NCBI GenBank assembly: GCA_043228905.1
Contig: JBHGNT010000007.1
Coordinates: 5,146,001 to 5,210,000 of the forward strand
Direction of reading: 5' to 3'
DNA from: Azolla caroliniana
Lineage: Eukaryota; Plantae; Polypodiophyta
DNA length: 64,000 nt
A model generated the notes under the pieces. The model was not told the origin of the DNA, did not search any database, and saw only the letters and a program-made list of their open reading frames with translations. Position numbers and translations under genes: made by a program. Shown here one piece after another: positions 1-14,400 of this stretch (position 1 is its first letter; each line of letters opens with the position of its first letter).

Positions 1-1109
1 CTAGTAATAATGCCATAATCGGAATAGTGTGTGAAAATGAGTGAATATGTGTAGAGCATAGGACAACTTAAAGAATTTGGATGATGTTGATGATATCTTG
101 TCGGCAAGTTTCAGAAACCGAGGTGTATCCAATAGGTAAGGTTTTTCCATGCAAGATACTTTGAATAACCACATAACCCATGTACAAACTATCCGAAAGG
201 TTTTTGATCTTATATTATGACATATTAGCTCCAGAAATATTACACTCAATTTGTGTTGTAAATGAGTATGTTAAGGTCAATACTCACGAGTCACAATATA
301 GTCTTCGACATGCTATACTTTTCCATGGTCCATCCAACTACATTAGATATAATGAGGTTGGCTTCAATATCCACAAAGTAAATGGAAAACATTTCAATGT
401 GGCATCAACAATTAAAAATTGATGTATTGGAGAAATAGATCTCATGCAACATCAACATTTACGATTTGACATAGCCTTGTATTCATCAATTAATCAACAA
501 GAATTCGAGTACATTTGAAGGGTTGACATTGATGCATGGCAATGTGGTGCGTCAATAATCCAATCTACACACTAGCATTCAGCAATTGATCGAGGATCCT
601 CATATCGAGGAGCTTGTTGGAGTCTTTGATTTAGGTAACGATCTAGAACCATTAAAGACAAGGGTCTTAACATAACCTTTTTCTAGCGAAAAGAATGAGC
701 CTCTACCATTTGAGACTACACCAATATTTTGGAATGGAGGAGCAATAAAGTTGCAAACGATAGTAACTTAGTTGTAATTACGGCATTAAAATTTTGCTTC
801 ACTAGCAACTATATAATAACCATATAGAGTTAATATTGCACATTTTGTCGCTTGTGCATGTGCACATGGAAGATGAAAGAAAGCAAATGTTTCACTACAT
901 TGTTGAAAATTTAGGCATGTTGTTTAAAAAAAAAATGCAATATTGAGAAATGCATGTGCGTCAAGGGCTATGAATATTTCTGCCTCATTGTCTCTCAGTG
1001 TCTCTCAAGCGAAATAATACACAATAAACATGCATTAATTTAAACTCTAGTTTAAAATGACATTTTAATTCAAGATGTTGTCATAATTTCATAATCCAAT
1101 TTATACTTT

Positions 1110-1216
1110 TTTTTTCCCAAAAAGAAGCTACTTCCCCATTAGTTAGGAGAGATTGTTATAGAAAGACTATACAAGGTGGCTTATACATAAATTCGGGGAA
1201 TCACCCTCCAACCGGG
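1110..1216 (-). mobile_element. Short 5'-truncated non-LTR retroposon (LINE/SINE 3' end)
   Basis: 13-bp direct repeat caatttatacttt at 1097-1109 and 1217-1229 flanks ~107 bp that starts with a T-run (poly-A on minus). Confidence 0.6.
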
Positions 1217-1489
1217 CAATTTATACTTTGTTTGGAGCTTTGATTTAAGTTGTCATTTTGATCAAGATTTCCAATTTAAAATACCGTCATGAAGTTAGAT
1301 ATAGCGGAAAATCTCACAAGTAAGAAGAAAGTTCATTTACAAGATTAAGAACAATAAACCCAAAATGACTTGAGAAAACTCTTCGTCATACTAAAACATT
1401 GTTTATGATTGAACGAAATCTAGACTTTATGAACATGCCATGACAAAGTTGATAAGGTTGTAGACCAAGTTAATTTCTCTCGCTCAATA

Positions 1490-2300
1490 GTCTCCATTAA
1501 CAGATGATTGAGATTGATTTTGTTCTTGAACAATCCACACAAATAGGGTGCCTATATTGCGCTATGCGCATCTTGAAACATATGCCATTGGAATTCCCAT
1601 TGAACAACCGTTCATGTGCCATGTGTCACACAAACGAAGTCTTCAATATTTTACAAGATAACCACAAAAGAATAATGTACCATTGGTCCATTAGGCCTTT
1701 ACACCCCCGAAAGAGAAGGACATTATTGATGATGTATGTGCATCCTTTAAACCCTCCTTTCCACCATCATTCCAGCTCGTTTGTTGTACCATACCTTTTG
1801 TTGCCCACCAAACATACTATACTGGAGATCCCATGTGAAAAGATTTAGTCCCCTGTGAAAAAGACAAAGTTTATATGATACAACTCGTCTACTTTGTCCC
1901 AATATTTGAAAACACCATGTAGCTTGAGCTAGTGGACATGTTCTTGTTTCTTGCAGAGTTATAACAAAAGTTTAGGTTTTAAACTACAAAATGTGTCCTT
2001 CAACATGAAAAAAATATTTTTGAAAATCTTCCTCACATTAACTAGAGCTTTTTATTGAAGCTCTCCATGCAGATCCAATAAAACATAAACTCCATTGGGC
2101 TCATATATCTTCATCATTTCTCACATAGTTATGGATGATAGTGGGATTCTAGTATGTAACACTTCATTCTCAACATCAAAACCTTGTAGAAATAACTAGT
2201 CTCAGCATCTACTTCAATTTTACACCAAAGTTATACATACACAAGAACTCTAAAAATTTCTTGATTAGACAATCTCAACAACAACAAAAACAAAATAATT
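1490..2300 (-). mobile_element. Highly decayed Mutator-like transposase remnant
   Basis: Minus-strand fragments GIPMAYV and YKLCLFH resemble MULE-domain motifs; many stops and frameshifts. Confidence 0.3.
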
Positions 2301-3279
2301 TTATTCATAAGAAGTGTGTAACAAAATTATTGAAGGACGTGAAATCTAACTCTATTAAAGTGTGAAGTTGTTGAGAGACATTGGAGTGCCTTTTTTCCTC
2401 TGAGTCCCACTCTATCGATTCCTATCATTCATTAAGATATATTTTGTGTCTCGCTTTATGAGACCTCAATTGAGACTTTCGTCCTTACACATGCATATGT
2501 ACCTATCTGATCTCAAGTTCCAATGTACCATCAATAACCGTAAAGGAAAAGGTTACCATGGTCCATCACCAATGTTAAAGGGTACAACCAATGTAGTAGT
2601 GGGTCCATGGTACATACTTGCATCATAGCTGTTGTCACATTTAAGCACCTGGCTTGACACATATCTCCATTTACAATGTTTGTGACTTTCTTGTGATGGC
2701 ACCCATTCAAAATGTTCGTTTTGGTAACATACTTCGAGGATTTTGTTTTCTGTGGATGACTTGCTACTTCACACTTGTTTTTTTGTAGCAACATAGTGGG
2801 TATCTAGTAAGGAGTGCAAAGCTTTTGGAGAATTTTTAGAAGTCCCAACTCATTCGTAAGATACAAGAAATGAATGAGAATTAAGAGGAAGTTGTGTCTT
2901 TCTACCTAATTGTGATACAAGAAATACATACAATCGACTAAATAGGTGTGCATAGTGGGAAAACTTTATGATTTTAAGATTGTTTTTTTTTTTCACATCT
3001 TTATAGGAATAAGTTCATGCTTTCTTTACTTGCATTAATATACTATCTGAGCATTTTTTGCATAAAAAAGCAAATGCTATATATGATATGTTACATACAA
3101 GATTCCATGTGTTATGATTAACTAAATTAGATTAGAATTTATTTGTAGAACTATTCGGATACTACATTTGTTGCTATGCACATACATATTTGTATAAATA
3201 ACGTACATGTGCATGTGTTTATTAATATACTTTCTTAAAAATGCTAATATCTCATAATTATGAATATAAACGGTTGAAT

Positions 3280-5535
3280 CTCATCTTATTGCTCCTAAAA
3301 CTACAATACACCTAAATTGTTTGAGATGTTGTGGTGAAAGTCGATTTCGTCTCCAGATGACATTTGTGGTTGGTTCTTTCCATGATCTAGCACCTAATAT
3401 TTTCCTACCAATCTTCACAAAATATTGAAAAAAAGCACATGTTTTATATGATCTTGAAAGCACACCTTCCAATACAGTTCTCCAGGATCCCAAGTTAATC
3501 TAGGTATTGATCTCCTTTCCATAATCCAAAATTCACATTTTGTGGATCAAGATCTAAGACCCAATTCGATCCATCATTTAAGATTACCCTCACTTGTTAT
3601 GCAAACAAAAACTAAACAAATTAGTTTCCTGATGTGTAAAAGTTAACCTACCATCATCTTGTACATCAAAAGTCATATAAACTTCTTCCCCAATATAGGC
3701 TTTTATTCTAATCAAAACATCCAATGGAGTAAATAAACCCATCCACTTCTATGTAGAAGATCCAATTTGCATCTCAATATTAGTAAGGGTGGTTTGTATC
3801 GCAAAATACATTATCTTTCTACCACTTATATTATTAAGCATTATAGTTTGTTGGTCTATAGGTGTAGACAAGAATGATTTCCATGCACCTATAGGTTGTG
3901 CTGGTCCGCGATCTAATTCTGCCCATGTACATCTAATACGCCTTCCCAACATATGTACCATATGGTCAGTAAAATACAAATTCCAAATTAGGGGTTGTCT
4001 ACAGAATTCAGCTTTTGTTTTTGGCAATCTCTTAACTAAATTAAGAGAAACATCTTTCTATGATTTAAAAACAGATCGAGCAAATATGTCTTCCCATTTT
4101 GTGGAAATAGCCAACTTGTTGTGTTCAATAAAACTCCATTGAAAACTAGGCCTCCAGTCTCCACCAGATTTGGGATAAAACTTTTGCAATTCATATAATA
4201 ACAATTGTTTCCAAGGTCCTGATATTGGTAACAATCCCCGAATCACCATTTTTGCAAGCAAAGCTTTGTACTGTTGTAATGGATCAACAACCCCTAATCC
4301 TCCTTGACCCAATGGTTTAACAATTGTGGACCAAGAGACTTTGCTCAAGCATGACTTCTGTCATTACTAGACCACAAATAATTCTGGATCAATCTTTGTA
4401 ACTGTCCCATACATGATCTGGAAAAACTCCAACATGACATAATATACCAAAGACTAGACAAAAGAACGTGATTGAATACAATCACTCTACCCACAAATGA
4501 TAGTTTAGCTTTCTCCAAAATAACATTTTTTTCTTAATTTTCAATAGCAATGGAACAACTTGAATTTCAGTAGAAATATTCAAGCCTACTTGGTATCCCA
4601 AATATCGAATTAAGTTGCCTCAAGAATCCATCGAAAATCTGGACGAGGACACCATTGTGGAGTGTGGTTTGATGTCACACAAAAACCCATCGACTTATTC
4701 CAATTAATTTATGCACCTAAAGCCATACAAAAAGTTTGAACTGATGTGTATATTTTTTGCAGATTAGTAATCTGACCATCTAGATACAAACTTGTATCAT
4801 CAACAAATTCTACATCCACAACATTTGTCCCATCAAGGGGCATAACTATTCCTTTCAATGCAACATCTTCATCAGTAAAAAAACGAACTCATAACTTCAA
4901 CAAAAAACAGAAATAGATATGGTGCAAGTCGGAAGCCGTGTGGTACACTTCGGGAAATTTGAAACACATCACCTTTAACCCCTTTTAACAAAACAAAACC
5001 GCAGGCCGATTTGTACAAAGAAGTCACTCCTATCACCAATTTCTCAGGAAAACCAAGTCTTACAAGAGTACCATGAAAGAAATCTCAATCAACTCGATCG
5101 TAAACTTTTTCAAAATCAAGTAACAAAAGAGCTAAATCCTCCTTTTTCTTACGAGCCAATGCAATGACCTCCCAAAAAAAGAAAAAATGATCCATTATAC
5201 TTCTTTCCTGAATGAAACTTGTTTGGGTGATATGAATCAAATAATGTAACAAAGGCTGCAATCTCAATGATAATGTTTTGCGAAGTTTTATATATACTAT
5301 ATTAAGCAAAGTTATTGGTTTCCATTTTCTAATATTGTCCGATATACCCTCACTCTAGGTATTAAATAAATCAATCCATTGCCATACTACGAGGCATAGA
5401 CCTAGTATAAAAAATTCTTTGGTAAGCTTTCGTTAAGTCTTCTCCAATATATTTCCAATATTTGAGGAAGCAATGTGTAGTAATTCCCATCGATTAATAA
5501 GGATCAAATGAAAGATCAAAAGAACCCAGGTAGTG
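3280..5535 (-). mobile_element. Degenerate L1/Tx1-type LINE, reverse transcriptase and downstream region
   Basis: ORF pieces LLLLDFEKVYDRVD (RT motif), QTSFIQERSIMD and SKVSWSTIVKPLGQGGLGVVDP, all typical of plant L1 ORF2. Confidence 0.85.
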
Positions 5536-5540
5536 GGTGT

Positions 5541-5795
5541 TGTTGGAACGCGATTGTCTAGTGCGGAACAAATCAACATCCTTCTGATGAGAAGATCATA
5601 AACAGATACAATCAAAGTAGATTGATGGCAATAAAGATAGAGAACAACGAGTCATTTTGAACGCAAGAGAGAGATGATGGGCACAAGATGAACTATATTT
5701 TCGACAAAAACAAAACTAGGTTACAAAGTAAGTTTATACCAGACTAACTTAGGGCAACTACCCTTCTCACTATTTATAGTCAAAAGATCAAGTAC
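5541..5795 (-). mobile_element. Partial LTR in reverse orientation
   Basis: Starts TGTTG at the LINE break; reverse TATA (tatttatag, ~5771); abuts copia integrase sequence. Confidence 0.45.
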
Positions 5796-6974
5796 TGTCA
5801 TTTTTCAAGGAGTTCTACGCAAGAGCTGAACGAGAGTCAGGTCAGAAGTTGAAGGCTGTCGGAACGGACAATGGTGGCGAATATAAAGGGCAGTTCGAGG
5901 AATATTGCAAGGCCCAAGGTATTCAAATCGAATACACAGTACTGAAGATCCCTAAGTTGAATGGGTTTGCAGAGAGGATGAATCAAACAATCATGGAGAG
6001 TGTAAGGAGCATGCTGTTGCATGCTAAATTGCCAAAAATATACTGGGATGAGGCGATGTACATGGCTATTTATTTGATCAATAGGTTCCCCTTAGTACTG
6101 TTGAAAGGTGATGTCCCACAAAGGGTGTGGACAAGAAAGGATGTCTCCTAACGACACCTGAGGGTGTTCGAATGCCTAGTGTACATGCATGTAACTAAGG
6201 ATAAGAGGTCAAAGCTCGACAATAAGTTGAAACCATGCATATTCATGGGATACTCAGAAGATGAGTTTGGCTATAGGCTATGGGACCTAGTCGACAAGAA
6301 GGTAGTGAGAAGTCGGGACGTAGTCTTCTTGGAAGATAAGACCATAGAGAACTGGAAGCAACAGAAGTTGGAATCGACTAACCAGTCAACCTCCACTACT
6401 ATTGACTTGAGGCCAAGTGAACCGACACAACCAATCGGCACAGTCGAATCCGAGTCGGTTGACTCGGAGAGACCGACTGACTATGAGTCTGAGTCGGCAG
6501 AGCTGTTAAGATCAATTGAGGAATACAAGTTGGAGTCGTCCAACCTTGAGAAGCCGATCGACATACATGAACCTAAGCCAAGAGTAGAGTCTGTAGCATG
6601 GTTGTTAGGTACGGTACGGATACCATACGTATATAACGTATTAATATGCGTATAATACCTCCCAATTAAAAAATACGTTAAATACGTTTTGTAATATGTT
6701 AAATACTTATAAAATACGTAAAATACGTATTTTACATATAGTACGTAAAATACTTCTAGAATTTGAAAATTATTTACATTTCAAGAAAATATTTGTAATA
6801 TTGTAAAAAGCACACACTATCTGTAGTTGCTGGATATGTACACCCCCCTTTTGAAACCATCTCCTCAAAACAAAAAATAGGCTCCTTGTTATGCCCTTGT
6901 TTGGCATTTCTTACCATCAATGAGTTTAGTGAAACCACATCTCACACAACTAGAGTGTTAAACAAGTAGTGGGC

Positions 6975-7380
6975 AGTCGACAATAACCCACAATTCACAT
7001 ACATGTTGACGATTGTGTTATCAACAAGGACATCTTTTTCAAAGCCTATTTTGACGATGTCGGCATGTATTTCTCGGTCTTTCTATCTATCTCTCAAGCT
7101 TCCACAAGCTTTCAACCCACAAGACAATAAAAATGCATGTGGCAAGAGGCAACAATGTTTCCTCATCTTTCCAAAGCAATCCAATGCCTCTTGAGTCCTT
7201 TTTATGTCGATGTTTAGCATATCCTGATTCCCGCCATGAGTGAACTCCATGAAACTATATCTTGAACCAAATTTCTCTCAAACATTTCTTGTACTTCATT
7301 TAATGCACCACAAGAGCTTCTATTTCTAACCCTTTCTTTTCAACCTCAACATGAATTTCTTTACACTTGGCTAGAGATAC
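6975..7380 (-). pseudogene. Captured PLS-class pentatricopeptide repeat (PPR) gene fragment
   Basis: Minus-strand manual translation with a few disablements: KEIHVEVEK, EVQEMFERNLVQDIVSWSSLMAG, GYAKH, EALDCFGKM, SCGLKACGSLRD, REIHADIVKIGFEKDVLVDNTIVNMYVNCG. Confidence 0.8.
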
Positions 7381-8118
7381 TTGTTGTCCGTCGGAATAGT
7401 AACCGACGGACAAGAGCGTAGGAATAGGAAATAGTATATATAAGATTGTAACGCATGTAATGGTTCACGCGGGAAGCGTGAACGGCTAAAAGACCCTGCG
7501 TATATAAAGGGCAGAAAACCTCTGATAGAGGGAGCATGTAATTTTGGAATGTAAAGAAGCGTATCGTAATAAAATTCTATCTTCTCTGATATTTGTGTAT
7601 AGCTACGGCTAATCTATTGTGTGTCTGGAATACCTGAGAGTGTAGAAGTAAGAACGTGAGCGTGTAACCCCTGATAAGGAGTTGGTTGTAGCTGTCTCCC
7701 TTATACGCTGCTAGGTTACGGGGAACATTCCCCTACGTATTACGCACAGACGCCACCATTTGTTGTTTCACAGCCACTTGGAGGTCTAGGTCGAAGGACT
7801 GGCTGTAGACCGTGTTCCTAATTGGTAACACTTTTGGCACGCTTGGTGATCTGTGTCTTCTCACAGATGAACATTGACGAATGGATGTTTAGCTGCAGAC
7901 GCCCCAGAGAACCAATACGACAAGACCGACCAATCACACGGTTCGTCACACGCCAGGCAGAGGAACGCGCACGGCAAAAGCCTCGCCTCAGCGACCTCAG
8001 TACTACCTGTCGTGATTACAAAGGTGATTCTTCGCTCTCCAAATACCTCGACGATACGCGGGGAGCACGCTCACCACAACAACACTGTGGCCTTTCCCGA
8101 CCCGCCGTAGCCCCCAGC

Positions 8119-11100
8119 ATGGCCTTTGCCTATCCTCGCTTTAACGGCGAAACCGACGCCGCAACCCCTATTCGCATGTTCCTCAATGTCTGGAATGCGA
8201 AGCACATGGCGCAGAGCCTTTCTAAGGCGGTAGCACACTAGTCGAAAATGACGGAGTTCAGGTTAACATTGGATGGGCAAGCGGCATTTTGGCATTCACA
8301 AATGGATTTGCCAGCAATCACGACCTTCGATCAGCTGCAGTCCGCCTTCTTGCGGTTCTTCCATCGGAGGGTTCCACAACGCGAAATCCTCGGACAGTTC
8401 TACACGATTAAACAACTGCCGACCGAGACGATCACAGACTTCAACTTACGTTTCCAAAATTTACGGCAAAAACTAGAACGGAGCCCTGCGGAGGACGAGG
8501 CTCGAGAGACATTTCTGGCAGCATTACGCTGACCCATACAGACAACGCTTAACAACAATAGCATGAAAGGGGAAACGACGGATATGGTCATTGAATGAGC
8601 GTTACAGCTCGAGTTGGACGAGGAGGAGGAAAGGTTTTCTATGTCCTCCTTACGACAAGCGTTACCCCAGGACGAGGAACGACAGTTTCATCAAGCAATC
8701 CAGTGCACGATTTCCTTGAACTCGGGGCATTCCGTAGTGGAGTGCAACATGTGAATCCACTGCCCAATCTGCCACTTGAAGGCTCACACAGTCGACCAAT
8801 GCGAATACAATATGTTGAACAGAGCGGCTCCCATAGTACGCAGCATGGACACACAACGTCCCCCACGCCGTACTGAACAAAGGACACAAGAAGACCGACC
8901 ATGGTATGTGGATTGCAACCCACGTGACGATCGACACCATTGGAATCACCGGAATCACAACGATTCTGAGGAAGACGAACCAGAGGATGAGGATTACCGT
9001 GGACCTCCGAGTTATGCTCAAGGGGGCCAACGCTATGAGAATCACCGACCGACAAACAAACGTGGCGGCTTCAATGGTTATCGTGGGAAGCCGCGGCAAT
9101 ATCGAGACCATCGACGATATGACGAAAGCTCGGGAGATGAGCGACACAAAGAACCACGCTAGGACCAACAGCAACCACCGCGTGCGTTCCGACAAACGAG
9201 GCCGGACCGTGAGGAGCAAGTCGCACCAGGGGATCGACACACACCACCAAGAGCCAAGAAGGGCGAATCGACCATCCATTGTTTTGTTTGTCACCAGCCC
9301 AAACATTATGCCATGCAATGCCTAGCATGCAAGGGCAAGGGGCCCGCCGTCAATACGATTACGGCGGAAGTGCAGCAAGTCACGACACACCAACAAACAA
9401 AAACGGCTGATTGGGCCGCGCAAGATGAGATACGACGACAAGCCCAGGCATGGGTGGAAAAAGCAAGCACGACCAATACAGAGCGCATGCGGAAGGAGTC
9501 CGCGAATACGATGGAGCGAGCGGAGGACGAAGGACCGGCCCCGAACCCCATTTGGCAGGCATTAGCGGGCTGCGAGATAACGTTAACCATGGAGAAGCTG
9601 CTGCAGCTAGTTCCACGCTTTTGCCAGACCATGGAAGAACGGGTGACAGGCATACCCGGGGTGAGCGTCGCTACAAACCTTACGGACATTAGCGACGGAC
9701 CGCCTATAGTGGATCACCACAACCCAACTATTACATTGATATTACACGGACAAAAAATTCCTAGATGCGTAATCGATGGCGGCTCAGGCGTTAATGTAAT
9801 TAGTGTGAAAACTTGCGAGTAGTTAGGCATTTCAAAATGGGAGGCTTGCCCATTCTGGCTCCGAATGGCAGATACCCGCTCAGTACGACCATTGGGGTTA
9901 ATTCGCAAGATAGGCATTATTGTGGGCGGACATCACTTCGACATCTAGACGGTCGTCCTCGCCTTGGACGCCCTAGGGGTGTACCCCGTGCTTCTGGGCA
10001 GACCGTGGCTTCGGGCAACAAATATCAAGCAGAGCTGGCAACACAAGTGTATTAGTTTCCGACACGGATGCACTAAGGTTCGCGTACCTACGGAAGGAAG
10101 CAAGCCACAATCCAAGGGTATAACACCATTATATGCGGAAGATATAAATATGCTGGCTGGGGTGGAGGATGCAGAATTAGAGGCATACCTAGACGAGCAC
10201 CCTCGGATCATTCCGCTGTTCGAAATCGACGTCATCGCAACCGCGACAGAATATGCCACGACCACTATTCTCCACGACGAGGCTTACGAACCAAACCCGG
10301 AGTCCATATTGGAACTCAGTAGAGCACGAGCGGCATTCGAAAGGGAAATGGAAATTTCACGACGAATCACCGCCTCCGCCCTGGAAGAAGTAAACGTGGG
10401 TACAGAGTCAGAACCCCGTTTCCTTTCCATCGCAAAGGAATTAAGGTCGGACCAGAGAAACACAATGATCGCACTACTCAAGAAATATAAAGATGTGTTC
10501 GCTTGGGCTCACGAGGACATGAAGGGGTTAGATCCCAAGTTCTATCAACATAAGATCAATTTAGCAACCAACGCAAAACTCGTCCAGCAGTGCCGCTACC
10601 GCATGAACCCGAACTACGCGACCCGCGTAAAAGAAGAAATTGACAAACTCCTAAAGGCGGGATTCATACAACCAGTTAAACAAGCCACATGGTTAAGTCT
10701 GATAGTAGTTATTCCAAAGAAAAACGACACAATACGGGTATGCATGGATTACCGAAAATTAAACGCCGTAACCATTACAAACACATTCCCTTTACCATTC
10801 ACCGATAGCGTATTGGACGCCGTCGCAGGACATGAGATGTACAGTTTTTTAGACGGCTTCAATGGGTATAACCAGGTACGCATGCATCCCGATGACCAAG
10901 AGAAGACGACATTTGTCATGGACTGGGGAGTCTATGTGGCAGTTGTCATGATGTTCGGGCTAAAGACGGCGCCGACAACATTTCAACGGACAATTACAGA
11001 GATCTTTGGGGAATATATTTTGGCGTTCATGCAAGTTTTTTTAGACGACTTTGCGGTATATGGGAGAACAATCGACCATTTTACGCATTTGCAACTGTTC

Positions 11101-13242
11101 ATGGAACATTGCCGCACTGCACGCTTAAGCCTGAATCCCGCGAAATGTGCGTTTGGCGTGACCAACGGGACCCTCCTAGGCCATATAGTTAGCAAGGAGG
11201 GAATAACGGTCGATCCGAACAAGATCTCCGCGATTACGCAAGCCAAAACTCCGACAAACGCAAAATCACTTAGCCGGTTTTTAGGACAAATACGGTGGCA
11301 TAGTTGGATGATACGATATTTGGCGGACTTCGCCACGCCGTTACATGCTGCCGTACATCGGACTCCCTTCCAATGGACCGCAACGGAGGACAAGGCCTAT
11401 GAGGCACTTAAGATAATGCTCACACAAGCCCCCGTCGTACAACCACCAGTTTGGGCGAAGCCATTCCACGTGTTCATCGACGCCTCAGACATAGCAATAG
11501 GAAGTGCGCTAATGCAGCTCATCGAACCAAACTGGTACCGGCCAGTGTACTATGCTAGTCGGAAATTATCAACAACAGAGCGTAACTATTCCACAACGGA
11601 GCGGGAGGGGCAAGGGATGATCTATAACATCAATAAATTCCGGCATTATTTACTAGGGAGGAAATTCACATTCCACATGGATCATTCGACGCTGCTGTAT
11701 TTGGTGGAAAAACAAGCCTTGACGGGGAAATTGGTGTGATGGATGCTGTTGCTTCAAGAATTCGATTTTGTAATTCAGCACCGACCGGGAACGCAACACG
11801 TAGTGGTAGATTTTTTGAACAGACTCGATAATGGAGAAACAGTACAGAAGGACGACGATGATTTTCCGGATGCCGACATCCTACGGGTAGCAGTACTGGC
11901 AGAAAGAACGGAATTGACCTTTCCGAACCGGTGGCTTATGGAAATGACATACTTTTTGACTACGGGACTGCCTCCACCACAACTACGCACGGACGAGAAG
12001 AAACGACTAGCCGTCCGAAGCCGTAACTTTTGCCTCGTAGAAGGAATTTTATATCACAAAGGAAGTGACGCCATTTGGCGACATGGGGTACGTCAGGATG
12101 AGAAAGAAGCCGTTTTACGGGAGGCGCACTGCGGCATGGCATGCGGCCATTACGCGGGCGAGGTTACAGCCTGGAAAATATGGCAGGCGGGCCTATGGTG
12201 GCCGACAACGCAGAAGGACGCATCTGAGTATTGTAGAAAGTGTGATTTGTGTCAACGTATGGGCCAGCCCACGGAGGGCGCAAGGATGCCACACGAACCC
12301 GTATTACCGTTAGACCCCTTCCAAAAGTGGGGATTGGATTTTGTGGGCCCCTCCACATTGGCGGCAGCCCGTACGGGCAATAAATACATATTGGTAGCCA
12401 CAGATTATTGCACCAAGTGGGTAGAAGCAAAGGCACTACAAGAAAATACGACGGCCGTCACAGTGAGATTCCTTTACGAGCACATCTGGTGCCGGTTCAG
12501 CTGTCCGATTGAGCTCATCAGTGACCAGGGGAGCCACTTTCTCAATACGGTGGTTCGGGAACTAACACATCATTACGCCATAGTCCACAAGAAGAGTACG
12601 CCATATTATCCACAGGCGAATGGGTTAGCGGAATCCACCAACAAGACGTTGCAGACCATCTTGAAGAAAATCGTCAATGAAAATAGAACGGACTGGGATA
12701 CCAAATTATAGAGTGCGTTATGGGCGTACAGAACCAGCTACAAAACAAACATACAGTCAACACCGTTTCGACTAGCGTTTGGGCTGGAGGCTGTGATGTC
12801 GGTAGAGTTTTAGATACCCAATTTGTGGATTCAGGTACGAGACCGACTATCGGAAGCCAAGTCGGAGGAGGTACGGCTCCACCAGCTACTCGAACTCGGG
12901 GAAAAATGCGTACACAGCATGGCTGTGTTGGAGCAGGAACATTGACGGCGTAAAGTGTTTGTGGATCGACATCGGAACGCACAGGAAAAGGATTTCGCCG
13001 TCGGTCGAACGGTGCTGGTTTTCCAAACCCGCATGGACCATATGCCAGGGAAGTTACGATTCTGCTAGACATGCTTGTACTGGATAATTGGAGCGGAACA
13101 AGGCACGTTCCAACTAGGTACGCTGGCCGGGGAAGTCTTATGACAAAAGGTGAATGGGTTTCGCCTTAAACCTTACCTGGGCCCTACGCCACCTAACCCA
13201 TTCACCGCCGGACAGGACAAAGCCGGAGAACCCGCGGCGTAA
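8119..13242 (+). pseudogene. gag-pol polyprotein pseudogene, single frame with ~11 premature stops
   Basis: ORF fragments at 7822, 8248, 8776, 9313, 9964 and 11743 are all in the same frame; terminal TAA at 13240-13242. Confidence 0.9.
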
Positions 13243-13651
13243 GTGGACGGCCCCACTTGTATCATAATGTAAAAATAGGCTGTATGTAACCGTTACGAAA
13301 AAAAAAAAAAAAAAAAAAGAAAGAAAAAGAAAGAAAAAGAAAAAAAAAGAAAAAAAAAGAAAAAAAAAGAAAAAAAAAGAGAAGATAGCGACACTATTAA
13401 AGAAAAAGGACTAAATGCATGCACAGACTCCTAGATCAAGAACATGCGGCACCACGATGGCTCACCGCCCAATGAACCCTAAGCCACAAAAAGAAGGAAA
13501 TAGAAGATCTTCTGCACAAAACAGAAACCCACCTCCTAACTATTAGCGCTCCCATCGCTCCTCCCCCTCCCCCTCACCTTCTCCTTCATCCTATCACAGA
13601 GCTCCAGCCCACCGCAACCACCGGTCTCCTCCCCACGAACCTACTCTGGGG

Positions 13652-14400
13652 ATGCCGATCTTCGTCTCTACCACCTTACGCCGATGGCTCGTGGAGAAAC
13701 GCCTGGATGGGTACATCCGGGTCGCAGAGGCACCTCCACACCTGGATGCAATGGACATCGCTAGAAAGCTTAACATCGCCACGGTCACCAACTCTTCCAT
13801 CCGGAAAAAGTTGGACCTGTCATCTCTAGGCGAAAGGCATTTCGAAATCCCTCCTACAGAGGCGCTACAGAGATATTTCGGTCCATATTCCTCCTCTGCC
13901 AAGGCCTATAGAACGAAGCAGATCCCGGATCCCTTCTTCCGTGAAGTCGCCAAGTTCCTGTTAGAGGTCGGATGCGTACACGTCAACGCATATGGGATGC
14001 CCAAGCAGAAGGCGGGTATCATTATTGATACCTTTGAAGGGCGTGCGGTCGATTGGGGGGTCATCACAGGGCCGACGTTAAGGTAAGGCTTGCATGCGTA
14101 TCAGGGAGGCAAGAAGCTCAGGCCGATCATACAATAGTACCTTATGGTGCTATTCCCACCCCGAGGCCTGCCGGCACCGCAACCTAGCCGGCGCACGCCT
14201 CCACCCCGATCCGCGAAGCGCAGGTTAGCGGAGTTAGCTGCCCCAGAGTGGGAAGAGGAACCCCAACCCACCCAGCCAGACACACGGACAACGTAGGAAG
14301 AACAACCGGCACGCTCCGCGGAAGCAGCCCCAGAGCCAGACGCCGAAACACGGCAGGATAGCCCCAGACCGAAACGGTGGAGGTTGGACAAGAAAGATGG
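13652..14400 (+). pseudogene. Extra 3' ORF of the gypsy element, unknown function
   Basis: ATG-initiated 144-aa frame downstream of integrase that continues past in-frame stops into a Pro/Glu-rich tail; preceded by an A-rich spacer and pyrimidine-rich leader. Confidence 0.6.
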
